A stretch of DNA of 64,000 nt from contig OY282360.1 in assembly GCA_958295675.1 (NCBI GenBank), positions 358,394 to 422,393 of the forward strand. Reading direction: 5' to 3'. Of the stretch, positions 39,066-46,618 are shown in pieces. The position numbers were made by a program, and so were the translations under genes. The stretch is from Minisyncoccota bacterium (GTDB lineage: Bacteria > Patescibacteriota > Minisyncoccia > Phycocordibacterales > JABAAK01). Every line of letters starts with the position of its first letter. Position 1 is the stretch's first letter. A model generated the notes under the pieces. That model was not told the DNA's origin, ran no database searches, and saw nothing but the letters and a program-made list of their open reading frames with translations.

Positions 39066-39171
39066 GGGTTTATTTTTTAAATAACTTGAAAATTATAGTT
39101 TAAATGGTATCTTGTTTGTTAGAAAGGTTTCCCTTTCTGTTCGTTTCAAACACACCAAAAGGAGGTGTTTT

Positions 39172-40095
39172 GTGAATCAAACTGGCTCCGTGATGCAACA
39201 CACTGATGATTTAGATCTCAGCAACCTCACCTCCGCGAAAGGACTTACACTCCCTGAAGAGATTACTGGCACTCTGGATCTCAGCGGTCTCACCTCCGCT
39301 GAGGAACTCACGCTACCTGAAGAGATTGGTGGTAATCTGGATCTCAGAGGTCTCACCTCCGCTGAGGGACTCACCCTGCCGAGGAAGATTGGTGGTGCTC
39401 TGTTGCTCGACGGTCTCACCTCCGCGAAAGGACTCACGCTACCTGAAGAGATTGGTGGTGATCTGTGGCTCATCGGTCTCACCTCCGCGAAAGGACTCAC
39501 GCTACCTGAAGAGATTGGTGGTCATCTGGTTCTCAACGGTCTCACCTCCGCGAAAGGACTCACCCTGCCGAGGAAAATTGGTGGCATTTTGTTTCTCATC
39601 GGTCTCACTTTCGCTGAAGAACTCACCCTGCCGAGGAAGATTAGCGGTAGTCTGTATCTCAACGGTCTCACCTCCGCTAAGGGACTTACGCTACCTGAAG
39701 AGATTGGTGGTCATCTGATTCTCAGCGGTCTCACTTCCGCGAAAGGACTCACCCTACCGAGGAAGATTGGTGGTGCTCTGGTTCTCAGCGGTCTCACCTC
39801 CACTGAAGGACTCACCCTGCCGAAGAAGATTGGTGGTGATCTGGATCTCAACGGTCTCAAGTCCGCTGAAGAACTCACACTACCTGAAGAGATTGGTGGC
39901 AGTCTGTTTCTCGACGGTCTCAGTTCCGCTGAGGGACTCACGCTACCTGAAGAGATTGGTGGCATTCTGGTTCTCAACGGTCTCACCTCCACGAAAGGAC
40001 TCACCCTGCCGAGGAAGATTGGTGGTCATCTGGATCTCAGAGGTCAGAACCCCGAACATTATGTGTTCGGGGTTTATTTTTTTAAACAACTTTAA
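39172..40095 (+). CDS. family-A 22-aa tandem-repeat protein (about 13 repeats); 3' tail deleted, ORF reads through the terminator hairpin
   Basis: GTG after AGGAGG. The repeat is fused directly to tcagaaccccgaaca...; ends FGVYFFKQL. Confidence 0.55.
   Translation: MNQTGSVMQHTDDLDLSNLTSAKGLTLPEEITGTLDLSGLTSAEELTLPEEIGGNLDLRGLTSAEGLTLPRKIGGALLLDGLTSAKGLTLPEEIGGDLWLIGLTSAKGLTLPEEIGGHLVLNGLTSAKGLTLPRKIGGILFLIGLTFAEELTLPRKISGSLYLNGLTSAKGLTLPEEIGGHLILSGLTSAKGLTLPRKIGGALVLSGLTSTEGLTLPKKIGGDLDLNGLKSAEELTLPEEIGGSLFLDGLSSAEGLTLPEEIGGILVLNGLTSTKGLTLPRKIGGHLDLRGQNPEHYVFGVYFFKQL
40047..40069. terminator. bidirectional hairpin terminator element, copy 10
   Basis: ccccgaacattatgtgttcgggg. Confidence 0.5.
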
Positions 40096-40179
40096 AATTA
40101 TAGTTAAAAATGGTACCTTGTTTGGTAGGAAAGGATTTCCCTTTCTGTTCATTTCAAACACACCAAAAGGAGGTGTTTT

Positions 40180-42579
40180 GTGAATCAAAAGATGTACCGG
40201 ATCCGTGAGAAGATACAGCACACTGATGATGATGATTTAGATCTCAGCAATCTCACCTCCGCGAAAGGACTCACTCTGCCGAGGAAGATTGGTGGCAGTC
40301 TGTTTCTCAGAGGTCTCACCTCCGCGAAAGAACTCACGCTACCTGAAGAGATTGGTGGTGATCTGTGGCTCGACGGTCTCACCTCCGCGAAAGGACTCAC
40401 GCTACCGAAAGAAATCGGCGGTGTTCTGAATCTCAACGGACTCACCTCCGCTGAAGGATTCACGCTACCTGAAGAGATTGGTGGTGGTCTGTGGCTCAAC
40501 GGTTTCGATCCCGCGAAAGGATTCACCCTGCCGAGGAAGATTGGTGGTGATCTGCGGCTCGACGGTCTCACCTCCGCGAAAGGACTCACGCTACCTGAAG
40601 AGATTGGTGGTCTGTTTCTCAGAGGTCTCACCTCCGCAAAAGGACTCACACTACCTGAAGAGATTGGTGGTGATCTGGATCTCACCGGTCTCACTTCCGC
40701 GAAAGGACTCACTCTGCCGAGGAAGATTGGTGGTGATCTGTGGCTCAACAGACTCACTTCCACGAAAGGACTCACGCTACCTGAAGAGATTGGTATTGGT
40801 GGTGATCTGCGGCTCGACGGTCTCACCTCCGCGAAAGGACTCACCCTGCCGAGGAAGATTGGTGGTCTGGATCTCAGCGGTCTCACTTCCGCGAAAGGAC
40901 TCACGCTACCTGAAGAGATTGGTGATGATCTGTTGCTCGACAATCTCACTTCCGCGAAAGGACTCACGCTACCTGAAGAGATTGGTGGCAGTCTGGTTCT
41001 CAGAGGTCTTACCTCCGAGAAAGGACTCACCCTGCCGAGGAAGATTGGTGGCAGTCTGTTTCTCAGAGGTCTCGCCTCCGCGAAAGAACTCACGCTACCT
41101 GAAGAGATTGGTGGTGATCTGGATCTCAGCGGTCTCACTTTCGCGAAAGAACTCACCCTGCCGAGGAAGATTGGTGGTGAACTGGATCTTAGCGGTCTCA
41201 CCTCCGCGAAAGAACTCACGCTACCTGAAGAGATTGATATTGGTGGTCATCTGGATCTCAGAGGTCTCACCTCCGCTGAAGAACTCACCCTGCCGAGGAA
41301 GATTGGTGGTCATTTGCGGCTCGACGATCTCAAGTCCGCTGAGGGACTTACACTCCCTGAAGAGATTGGTGGTGATCTGCGGCTCGACGGTCTCACCTCC
41401 GCAAAAGGACTCACGCTACCTGAAGAGATTGGTGGTCGTCTGGATTTCAGCGGTCTCACTTCCGCTGAAGAACTCACGCTACCTGAAGAGATTGCTGGTG
41501 ATCTGGTTCTCAGAGGTCTCACCTCCGCGAAAGGACTCACGCTACCTGAAGAGATTGGTGGTGATCTGGTTCTCATCGGTCTCACCTCCACGAAAGGACT
41601 CACCTTGCCGAGGAAGATTGGTGGTGATCTGGTTCTCAGAGGTCTCACCTCCGCGAAAGGACTCACGCTACCTGAAGAGATTGGTGGTGATCTGGATATC
41701 AGCGGTCTCACCTCCGCGAAAGGACTCACGCTACCTGAAGAGATTGGTGGTGATCTGGTTCTCATCGGTCTCACCTCCGCTGAAGAACTCACACTACCTG
41801 AAGAGATTGGTGGTAGTCTACATCTCAGCGGTCTTACCTCCGCGAAAGGACTCACCCTGCCGAGGAAGATTGGTGGTGGTCTGTATCTCATCGGTCTCAC
41901 CTCCGCGAAAGGACTCACCCTGCCGAGGAAGATTGGTGATCATCTGTGGCTCGACGGTCTCACCTCCGCGAAAAAACTCACGCTACCTGAAGAGATTGGT
42001 GGTCTGTTTCTCAGCGGTCTCACTTCCGCTAAAGAGATAAGTGGCAGTCTGTATCTCAACGGACTCACTTCAGCGGAAGGACTCATCCTACCGAGGAAGA
42101 TTGGTGGTCATCTGGTTCTCAGCGGTCTCACCTCCGCTGAAGAACTCACACTACCTGAAGAGATTGGTGGTGATTTGGATCTCAGCGGTCTCACCTCCGC
42201 GAAAGGACTCATACTACCGGAAGAGATTGGTGGTGATTTGATTCTCAGCGGTCTCACTTCCGCGAAAGGACTCACGCTACCTAAAGAGATTGGTGGTCAT
42301 CTGGATCTCAGCGGTCTCACCTCCACGAAAGGACTCACCTTAGCGAGGAAGATTGGTGGTGAACTGGATCTTAGCGGTCTCACCTCCGCGAAAGAACTCA
42401 CGCTACCTGAAGAGATTGATATTGGTGGTCATCTGGATCTCAGAGGTCTCACCTCCGCGAAAGGACTCACTCTGCCGAGGAAGATTGGTGGTGATCTGCT
42501 TCTCAGCGGTTATTATCCCATGCTTCTTTCTTTTTCTCTTCATTCTCAGCATCTATTTCCTCCTGCCGAGGAAAATTAG
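40180..42579 (+). CDS. family-A giant 22-aa tandem-repeat protein (about 35 repeats), interrupted near the 3' end
   Basis: 799 aa in frame 1. A non-repeat ~52-nt segment at about 42512-42565 replaces 24 nt of one repeat, causing a +1 shift. The repeat frame resumes and ends at 42706 (...LKSLQD). Confidence 0.55.
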   Translation: MNQKMYRIREKIQHTDDDDLDLSNLTSAKGLTLPRKIGGSLFLRGLTSAKELTLPEEIGGDLWLDGLTSAKGLTLPKEIGGVLNLNGLTSAEGFTLPEEIGGGLWLNGFDPAKGFTLPRKIGGDLRLDGLTSAKGLTLPEEIGGLFLRGLTSAKGLTLPEEIGGDLDLTGLTSAKGLTLPRKIGGDLWLNRLTSTKGLTLPEEIGIGGDLRLDGLTSAKGLTLPRKIGGLDLSGLTSAKGLTLPEEIGDDLLLDNLTSAKGLTLPEEIGGSLVLRGLTSEKGLTLPRKIGGSLFLRGLASAKELTLPEEIGGDLDLSGLTFAKELTLPRKIGGELDLSGLTSAKELTLPEEIDIGGHLDLRGLTSAEELTLPRKIGGHLRLDDLKSAEGLTLPEEIGGDLRLDGLTSAKGLTLPEEIGGRLDFSGLTSAEELTLPEEIAGDLVLRGLTSAKGLTLPEEIGGDLVLIGLTSTKGLTLPRKIGGDLVLRGLTSAKGLTLPEEIGGDLDISGLTSAKGLTLPEEIGGDLVLIGLTSAEELTLPEEIGGSLHLSGLTSAKGLTLPRKIGGGLYLIGLTSAKGLTLPRKIGDHLWLDGLTSAKKLTLPEEIGGLFLSGLTSAKEISGSLYLNGLTSAEGLILPRKIGGHLVLSGLTSAEELTLPEEIGGDLDLSGLTSAKGLILPEEIGGDLILSGLTSAKGLTLPKEIGGHLDLSGLTSTKGLTLARKIGGELDLSGLTSAKELTLPEEIDIGGHLDLRGLTSAKGLTLPRKIGGDLLLSGYYPMLLSFSLHSQHLFPPAEEN

Positions 42580-42739
42580 TGGTAGTCTGTTTCTCAGCGG
42601 TCTCACTTCCGCGAAAGGACTCACCCTACCTGAAGAGATTGGTGGTGATTTGGTTCTCAGCGGTCTCACCATACCACCGGAAATCCTTAAGTCCTTGCAA
42701 GATTGATGGACGATAAGGTTTCTCCCTGAGTCGTCAGAA

Positions 42740-42762
42740 CTCCGAACACATAGTGTTCGGGG
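42740..42762. terminator. bidirectional hairpin terminator element, copy 11
   Basis: ctccgaacacatagtgttcgggg. Confidence 0.5.
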
Positions 42763-42863
42763 TTTATTTTTAAATAACTTGAAAATATAGTTAAAAAATA
42801 GTACATTGTTTGTTAGAAGGGTTTCCCTTTTTGTTCACTTCAAACACACCAAAAGGAGATTTT

Positions 42864-43904
42864 ATGAATGTGGGGACACCACCAACAAAACTTACAGCGG
42901 AAGTGATTGCAGGGTGGGGGGCACCAGACAACTGGATGCTCCGGCTTTGGAAGAAGTTGAAGCAGCGTGCTGTGATCTTTTGTCTCATCACACTCCGTAG
43001 GGAGATGCAGTACATTGATGGCGATATGGATCTCAGCGGTCTCACCTCCGCTGAGGGACTCACCCTGCCGAGGAAGATTGGTGGTTGTCTGGATCTCAGC
43101 GGTCTCACCTCCGCTGAGGGACTCACCCTGCCGGAGGAAATCGGTGATTGGCTGGATCTCAGAGGTCTCACCTCCGCTGAGGGACTCACCCTGCCGGAGG
43201 AAATCGGTAATTGGCTGGATCTCAGCGGTCTCACCTCCGCTGAGGGACTCACGCTACCGAAAGAGATTACTGGCAATCTGTTTCTCAGCGGTCTCACCTC
43301 CGCGAAAGGACTCACCCTGCCGAGGAAGATTGGTGGCGGTCTGGATCTCAGCGGTCTCACCTCCGCTGAGGGACTCACCCTGCCGAGGAAAATTGGTGGT
43401 GGTCTGTTTCTCAGCGGTCTCACCTCCGCGAAAGGACTCACCCTGCCGAGGAAGATTGGTGGTTTTCTGTGGTTCAGCGGTCTCACCTCCGCTGAGGGAA
43501 TCACCTGGCCGGAAGAGATTGGTGGTGATCTGGATCTCAGCGGTCTCACTTCCGCGAAAGGACTCACGCTACCGAAAGAGATTACTGGCAATCTGTTTCT
43601 CAGCGGTCTCACTTCCGCGAAAGGACTCACGCTACCGAAAGAGATTACTGGCAATCTGTTTCTCAGCGGTCTCACTTCCGCGAAAGGACTCACGCTACCT
43701 GAAGAGGTTGGTGGTGATCTGGATCTCAGAGGTCTCACTTCCGCTGAAGAACTCACACTACCTGAAGAGATTGGTGGCGATCTGGTTCTCAACGGTCTCA
43801 CCTCCGCGAAAGGACTTACGCTACCGAGGAAGATTGGTGGTGATCTGGTTCTCAGCGGTCTCAGAATACCACCGGAAGAAGTCTTTAAGTCCTTGCAAGA
43901 TTGA
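42864..43904 (+). CDS. family-A 22-aa tandem-repeat protein with LRV-type N-terminal module (MNVGTPP...MLRLWKKLKQRAV...ITLRR)
   Basis: ATG after AAAGGAG. N-terminal 55 aa are homologous to 36852..37139, then about 13 of the 22-aa repeats. Confidence 0.65.
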   Translation: MNVGTPPTKLTAEVIAGWGAPDNWMLRLWKKLKQRAVIFCLITLRREMQYIDGDMDLSGLTSAEGLTLPRKIGGCLDLSGLTSAEGLTLPEEIGDWLDLRGLTSAEGLTLPEEIGNWLDLSGLTSAEGLTLPKEITGNLFLSGLTSAKGLTLPRKIGGGLDLSGLTSAEGLTLPRKIGGGLFLSGLTSAKGLTLPRKIGGFLWFSGLTSAEGITWPEEIGGDLDLSGLTSAKGLTLPKEITGNLFLSGLTSAKGLTLPKEITGNLFLSGLTSAKGLTLPEEVGGDLDLRGLTSAEELTLPEEIGGDLVLNGLTSAKGLTLPRKIGGDLVLSGLRIPPEEVFKSLQD

Positions 43905-43937
43905 TGGACGATAAGGTTTCTCCCTGAGTCGTCAGAA

Positions 43938-43960
43938 CCCCAAACATATAGTGTTTGGGG
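43938..43960. terminator. bidirectional hairpin terminator element, copy 12
   Basis: ccccaaacatatagtgtttgggg. Confidence 0.5.
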
Positions 43961-44065
43961 TTTGTTTTTAAACAATTTGAAAACATAGTTAAAAAAAATG
44001 GTATATTATTTGTTGGAAAGATTCCCCTTTCTGTTTATTTCAAACACACCAAAAGGAGGTGTTTT

Positions 44066-45265
44066 GTGGATCCACACATGTCTCGGCTCCGTAGGAATAT
44101 ACAGCACGTTGATGATAATTTAGATCTCAGCAATCTCACCTCCGCGAAAGGACTCACGCTACCTGAAGAGATTGTTGGTGATCTGAATCTCAGCGGTCTT
44201 GTCTCCGCTGAGGGACTCACCCTGCCGAGGAAGATTGGTGGTGATCTGCGGCTCAACGGTCTCACCTCCGCTGAAGGACTCACGCTACCTGAAGAGATTG
44301 GCGGTGATCTGAATCTCATCGGTCTCACCTCCGCTGAAGGACTTACGCTACCTGAAGAGATTGGTGGTGGTCTGAATTTCAGCAATCTCACCTCCGCTGA
44401 GGGACTCACCCTGCCAAGGAAGATTGGTAGTCATCTGCGGCTCGACGATCTCAAGTCCGCTGAGGGACTTACACTCCCTGAAGAGATTGGTAGTGATCTG
44501 CTTCTCAGCAGACTCACCTCCGCGAAAGGACTCACCCTGCCGAGGAAGATTGGCCGTAATCTGTGGCTCAACGGTCTCACTTCCGCTGAGGGACTCACGC
44601 TACCTGAAGAGATTGGTGGTCATCTGGTTCTGAGCGGTCTCACTTCCGCGAAAGAACTCATCCTGCCGAGGAAGATTGGTGGTAAACTGGATCTCAGCGG
44701 TCTCACTTCCGCTGAAGAACTCACGCTACCTGAAGAGATTGGTGGTGATCTGTTGCTCAACGGTCTCACCTCCGCTGAGGGACTCACCCTGCCAAGGAAG
44801 ATTGGTGGTTCTCTGTGGCTCAACGGTCTTACCTCTGCGAAAGAACTCACCCTGCCGAGGAAGATTGGTGGTGGTCTGTATCTCCGCGATCTCACCTCTA
44901 CTGAAGGACTCACGCTACCTGAAGAGATTGGTAGCAGTTTGTTTCTCAGCGGTCTCACCTCCGCTGAAGAACTCACGCTACCTGAAGAGATTGGTGGTGC
45001 TCTGGATCTCAGCGGTCTCACCTCCGCGAAAGGACTCACCCTGCCGAGGAAGATTGGTGGTGATCTGCGGCTCAGCGGACTCACCTCCGCGAAAGGACTC
45101 ACGCTACCTGAAGAGATTGGCCGTGATCTGTGGCTCAGAGGTCTCACCTCCACTGAAGGACTCACGCTACCTGAAGAGATTGGCCGTAATCTGGTTCTCA
45201 GCAGTTTCACCTCCGCGAAAGGACTCACCCTGCCGAGGAAGAGAGGAAGATTGGTGGTTTTCTGA
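44066..45265 (+). CDS. family-A 22-aa tandem-repeat protein (about 17 repeats)
   Basis: GTG after AGGAGG. The first ~350 nt (from the terminator through the start) are near-identical to the 38126-38420 region. Confidence 0.65.
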   Translation: MDPHMSRLRRNIQHVDDNLDLSNLTSAKGLTLPEEIVGDLNLSGLVSAEGLTLPRKIGGDLRLNGLTSAEGLTLPEEIGGDLNLIGLTSAEGLTLPEEIGGGLNFSNLTSAEGLTLPRKIGSHLRLDDLKSAEGLTLPEEIGSDLLLSRLTSAKGLTLPRKIGRNLWLNGLTSAEGLTLPEEIGGHLVLSGLTSAKELILPRKIGGKLDLSGLTSAEELTLPEEIGGDLLLNGLTSAEGLTLPRKIGGSLWLNGLTSAKELTLPRKIGGGLYLRDLTSTEGLTLPEEIGSSLFLSGLTSAEELTLPEEIGGALDLSGLTSAKGLTLPRKIGGDLRLSGLTSAKGLTLPEEIGRDLWLRGLTSTEGLTLPEEIGRNLVLSSFTSAKGLTLPRKRGRLVVF

Positions 45266-45331
45266 TGCTCAAAAATCGCATCTTCCGCGTAAGATTGACG
45301 GACGATAAGGTTTCTTCCTGAGTCGTCAGAA

Positions 45332-45354
45332 CCCCGAACACACAGTGTTCGGGG
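45332..45354. terminator. bidirectional hairpin terminator element, copy 13
   Basis: ccccgaacacacagtgttcgggg. Serves the convergent genes 44066..45265 and 45408..46244. Confidence 0.5.
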
Positions 45355-45407
45355 TTTATTTTTAAACAACTCTATATTTTCAAAGAGGCCGCTTCTTTTG
45401 CATTGTG

Positions 45408-46244
45408 TTATTTTTGTATAGTCACAGATGTAGAATCTATGACTTTTTTGAGAATGGATTCTGTTTCAATAGGATCAGAAACCGACACAGCATCAATCCC
45501 GGATTCCAATACTATATAATCATTACCTTCTTCTTGCATCTGATCACCAAAGAAAAGCATGTTTGAAACAGAAATCCCGAGTATCTCTCCTATCGTTCGC
45601 ACACCATCTGCTTTATTAGAACGAGTAATGTCAACTGATGTTGAACCGCCTATTCGCACCTGCATATCCGGCAGACGGGTTTGGAGTGCTTTCTGTAACT
45701 GAGGTCTGATATCCTGTGTTTCATTCCACTGTTTTTTTAATTCCAGAGGTGCCTGTTGTCCGAGCGCGGAAAAAGTAATTTGTGTTCCCCGATCCTCCAC
45801 CACTTCACCGTATGTTTTCTCCGGCGGAGTGTACCCAATCTCATCCAATGACTGTTGTATAGATTCGATTATTATTTGTTTCTCTTCACTACTAAATGGT
45901 TCTATTTGGTATATAGACATCCACTGTCTTTCGTCAGTACGGGTATATACTGATCCGCCGGAAACAGGAGCAATTAAAAGTTTTTTTGTGAGATTGATAT
46001 CCACACCTGCAATAATTTGTTCCGCGCATTGTGTTCTTAATTGGTCGTAACCGCCTCCGCCCAGTAGTGCGACATGGTATGTTTCTAAAAGTGTCCGCAG
46101 TGTCCCTGCCATACTGTCAGTGATATCCGCCTTGCTTTCCGTCAGCGTGCCATCCACATCAAAGATAAAAACATGCTTTTCAACGATATTTCGTTTTTCC
46201 TGTACAATATCAGCACCTTTTTTATTCAGTACGGGAACAAGCAT
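45408..46244 (-). CDS. HAD-IIB hydrolase, eukaryotic-type phosphomannomutase-like
   Basis: FDVDGTLT motif I. GGSTSVDITRSNKADGV resembles the PMM GGQISFDVFPxGWDK. Confidence 0.5.
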   Translation of the reverse strand: MLVPVLNKKGADIVQEKRNIVEKHVFIFDVDGTLTESKADITDSMAGTLRTLLETYHVALLGGGGYDQLRTQCAEQIIAGVDINLTKKLLIAPVSGGSVYTRTDERQWMSIYQIEPFSSEEKQIIIESIQQSLDEIGYTPPEKTYGEVVEDRGTQITFSALGQQAPLELKKQWNETQDIRPQLQKALQTRLPDMQVRIGGSTSVDITRSNKADGVRTIGEILGISVSNMLFFGDQMQEEGNDYIVLESGIDAVSVSDPIETESILKKVIDSTSVTIQK

Positions 46245-46246
46245 AC

Positions 46247-46618
46247 CTATTTCCTGTTGTAATCATCCTCGTAGCGGATAATATCATTTTCACGAGGTTT
46301 GCCGAGCGCGACTTCCAATACAACACCATCGGTCACGCCGGACAGACGGTGCTTTTCTCCCTGCTGTATATGGCAGGTCTCACCGGCAGATAGTACAGTT
46401 GCTTTCCCGCCTTTCAATGCCCGAACGGTTCCCTGCAATACCAACCAGAATTCTTCACGATCCGCATGGCTCTGCAGACTGGTTTGCTCACCTTTGGTGA
46501 CGAATAGTTTTTTTACCCAGTAATAATCGCGTTTTTCCATGATCTCATATCCGCCCCACGGTCTGGTAACTTTTGTATTTTTCTTTGTGGTCTTTTTCAT
46601 ACGCGAATCAGCGCACAT
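46247..46618 (-). CDS. cupin-domain protein (mannose-6-phosphate isomerase type II-like cupin)
   Basis: RPWGGYE...SLQSHADREEFWLVLQG...ETCHIQQGEKHRL. Confidence 0.5.
   Translation of the reverse strand: MCADSRMKKTTKKNTKVTRPWGGYEIMEKRDYYWVKKLFVTKGEQTSLQSHADREEFWLVLQGTVRALKGGKATVLSAGETCHIQQGEKHRLSGVTDGVVLEVALGKPRENDIIRYEDDYNRK

Larger units (their letters stand above)
37780..45370 (+). repeat. array of six family-A cassettes (terminator hairpin - promoter - 5'UTR stem-loop - RBS - start - 22-aa tandem-repeat ORF - conserved 3' tail)
   Basis: The 66-bp repeat ctcacctccgcgaaaggactcacgctacctgaagagattggtggtgatctggatctcagcggt appears more than 100 times. Leader and tail sequences are near-identical between cassettes. 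Confidence 0.75.

Noticed and set aside
40185-42040. Very long alternate-frame and antisense ORFs inside the repeat arrays (e.g. 40185..41219 minus, 344 aa; 40478..42040 plus, 520 aa; 43015..43914; 54282..54938; 59857..60567).
   Set aside because: The 66-bp unit lacks stop codons in several frames, so these are artefacts. Only the frame giving LTSAKGLTLPEEIGG is tied to an RBS, a start and the conserved N- and C-terminal domains.
37780-45370. Regularly spaced 66-bp direct repeats, considered as a possible CRISPR array.
   Set aside because: There are no unique spacers, the units are contiguous and in-frame coding, no cas genes are present, and the repeats are not partially palindromic.
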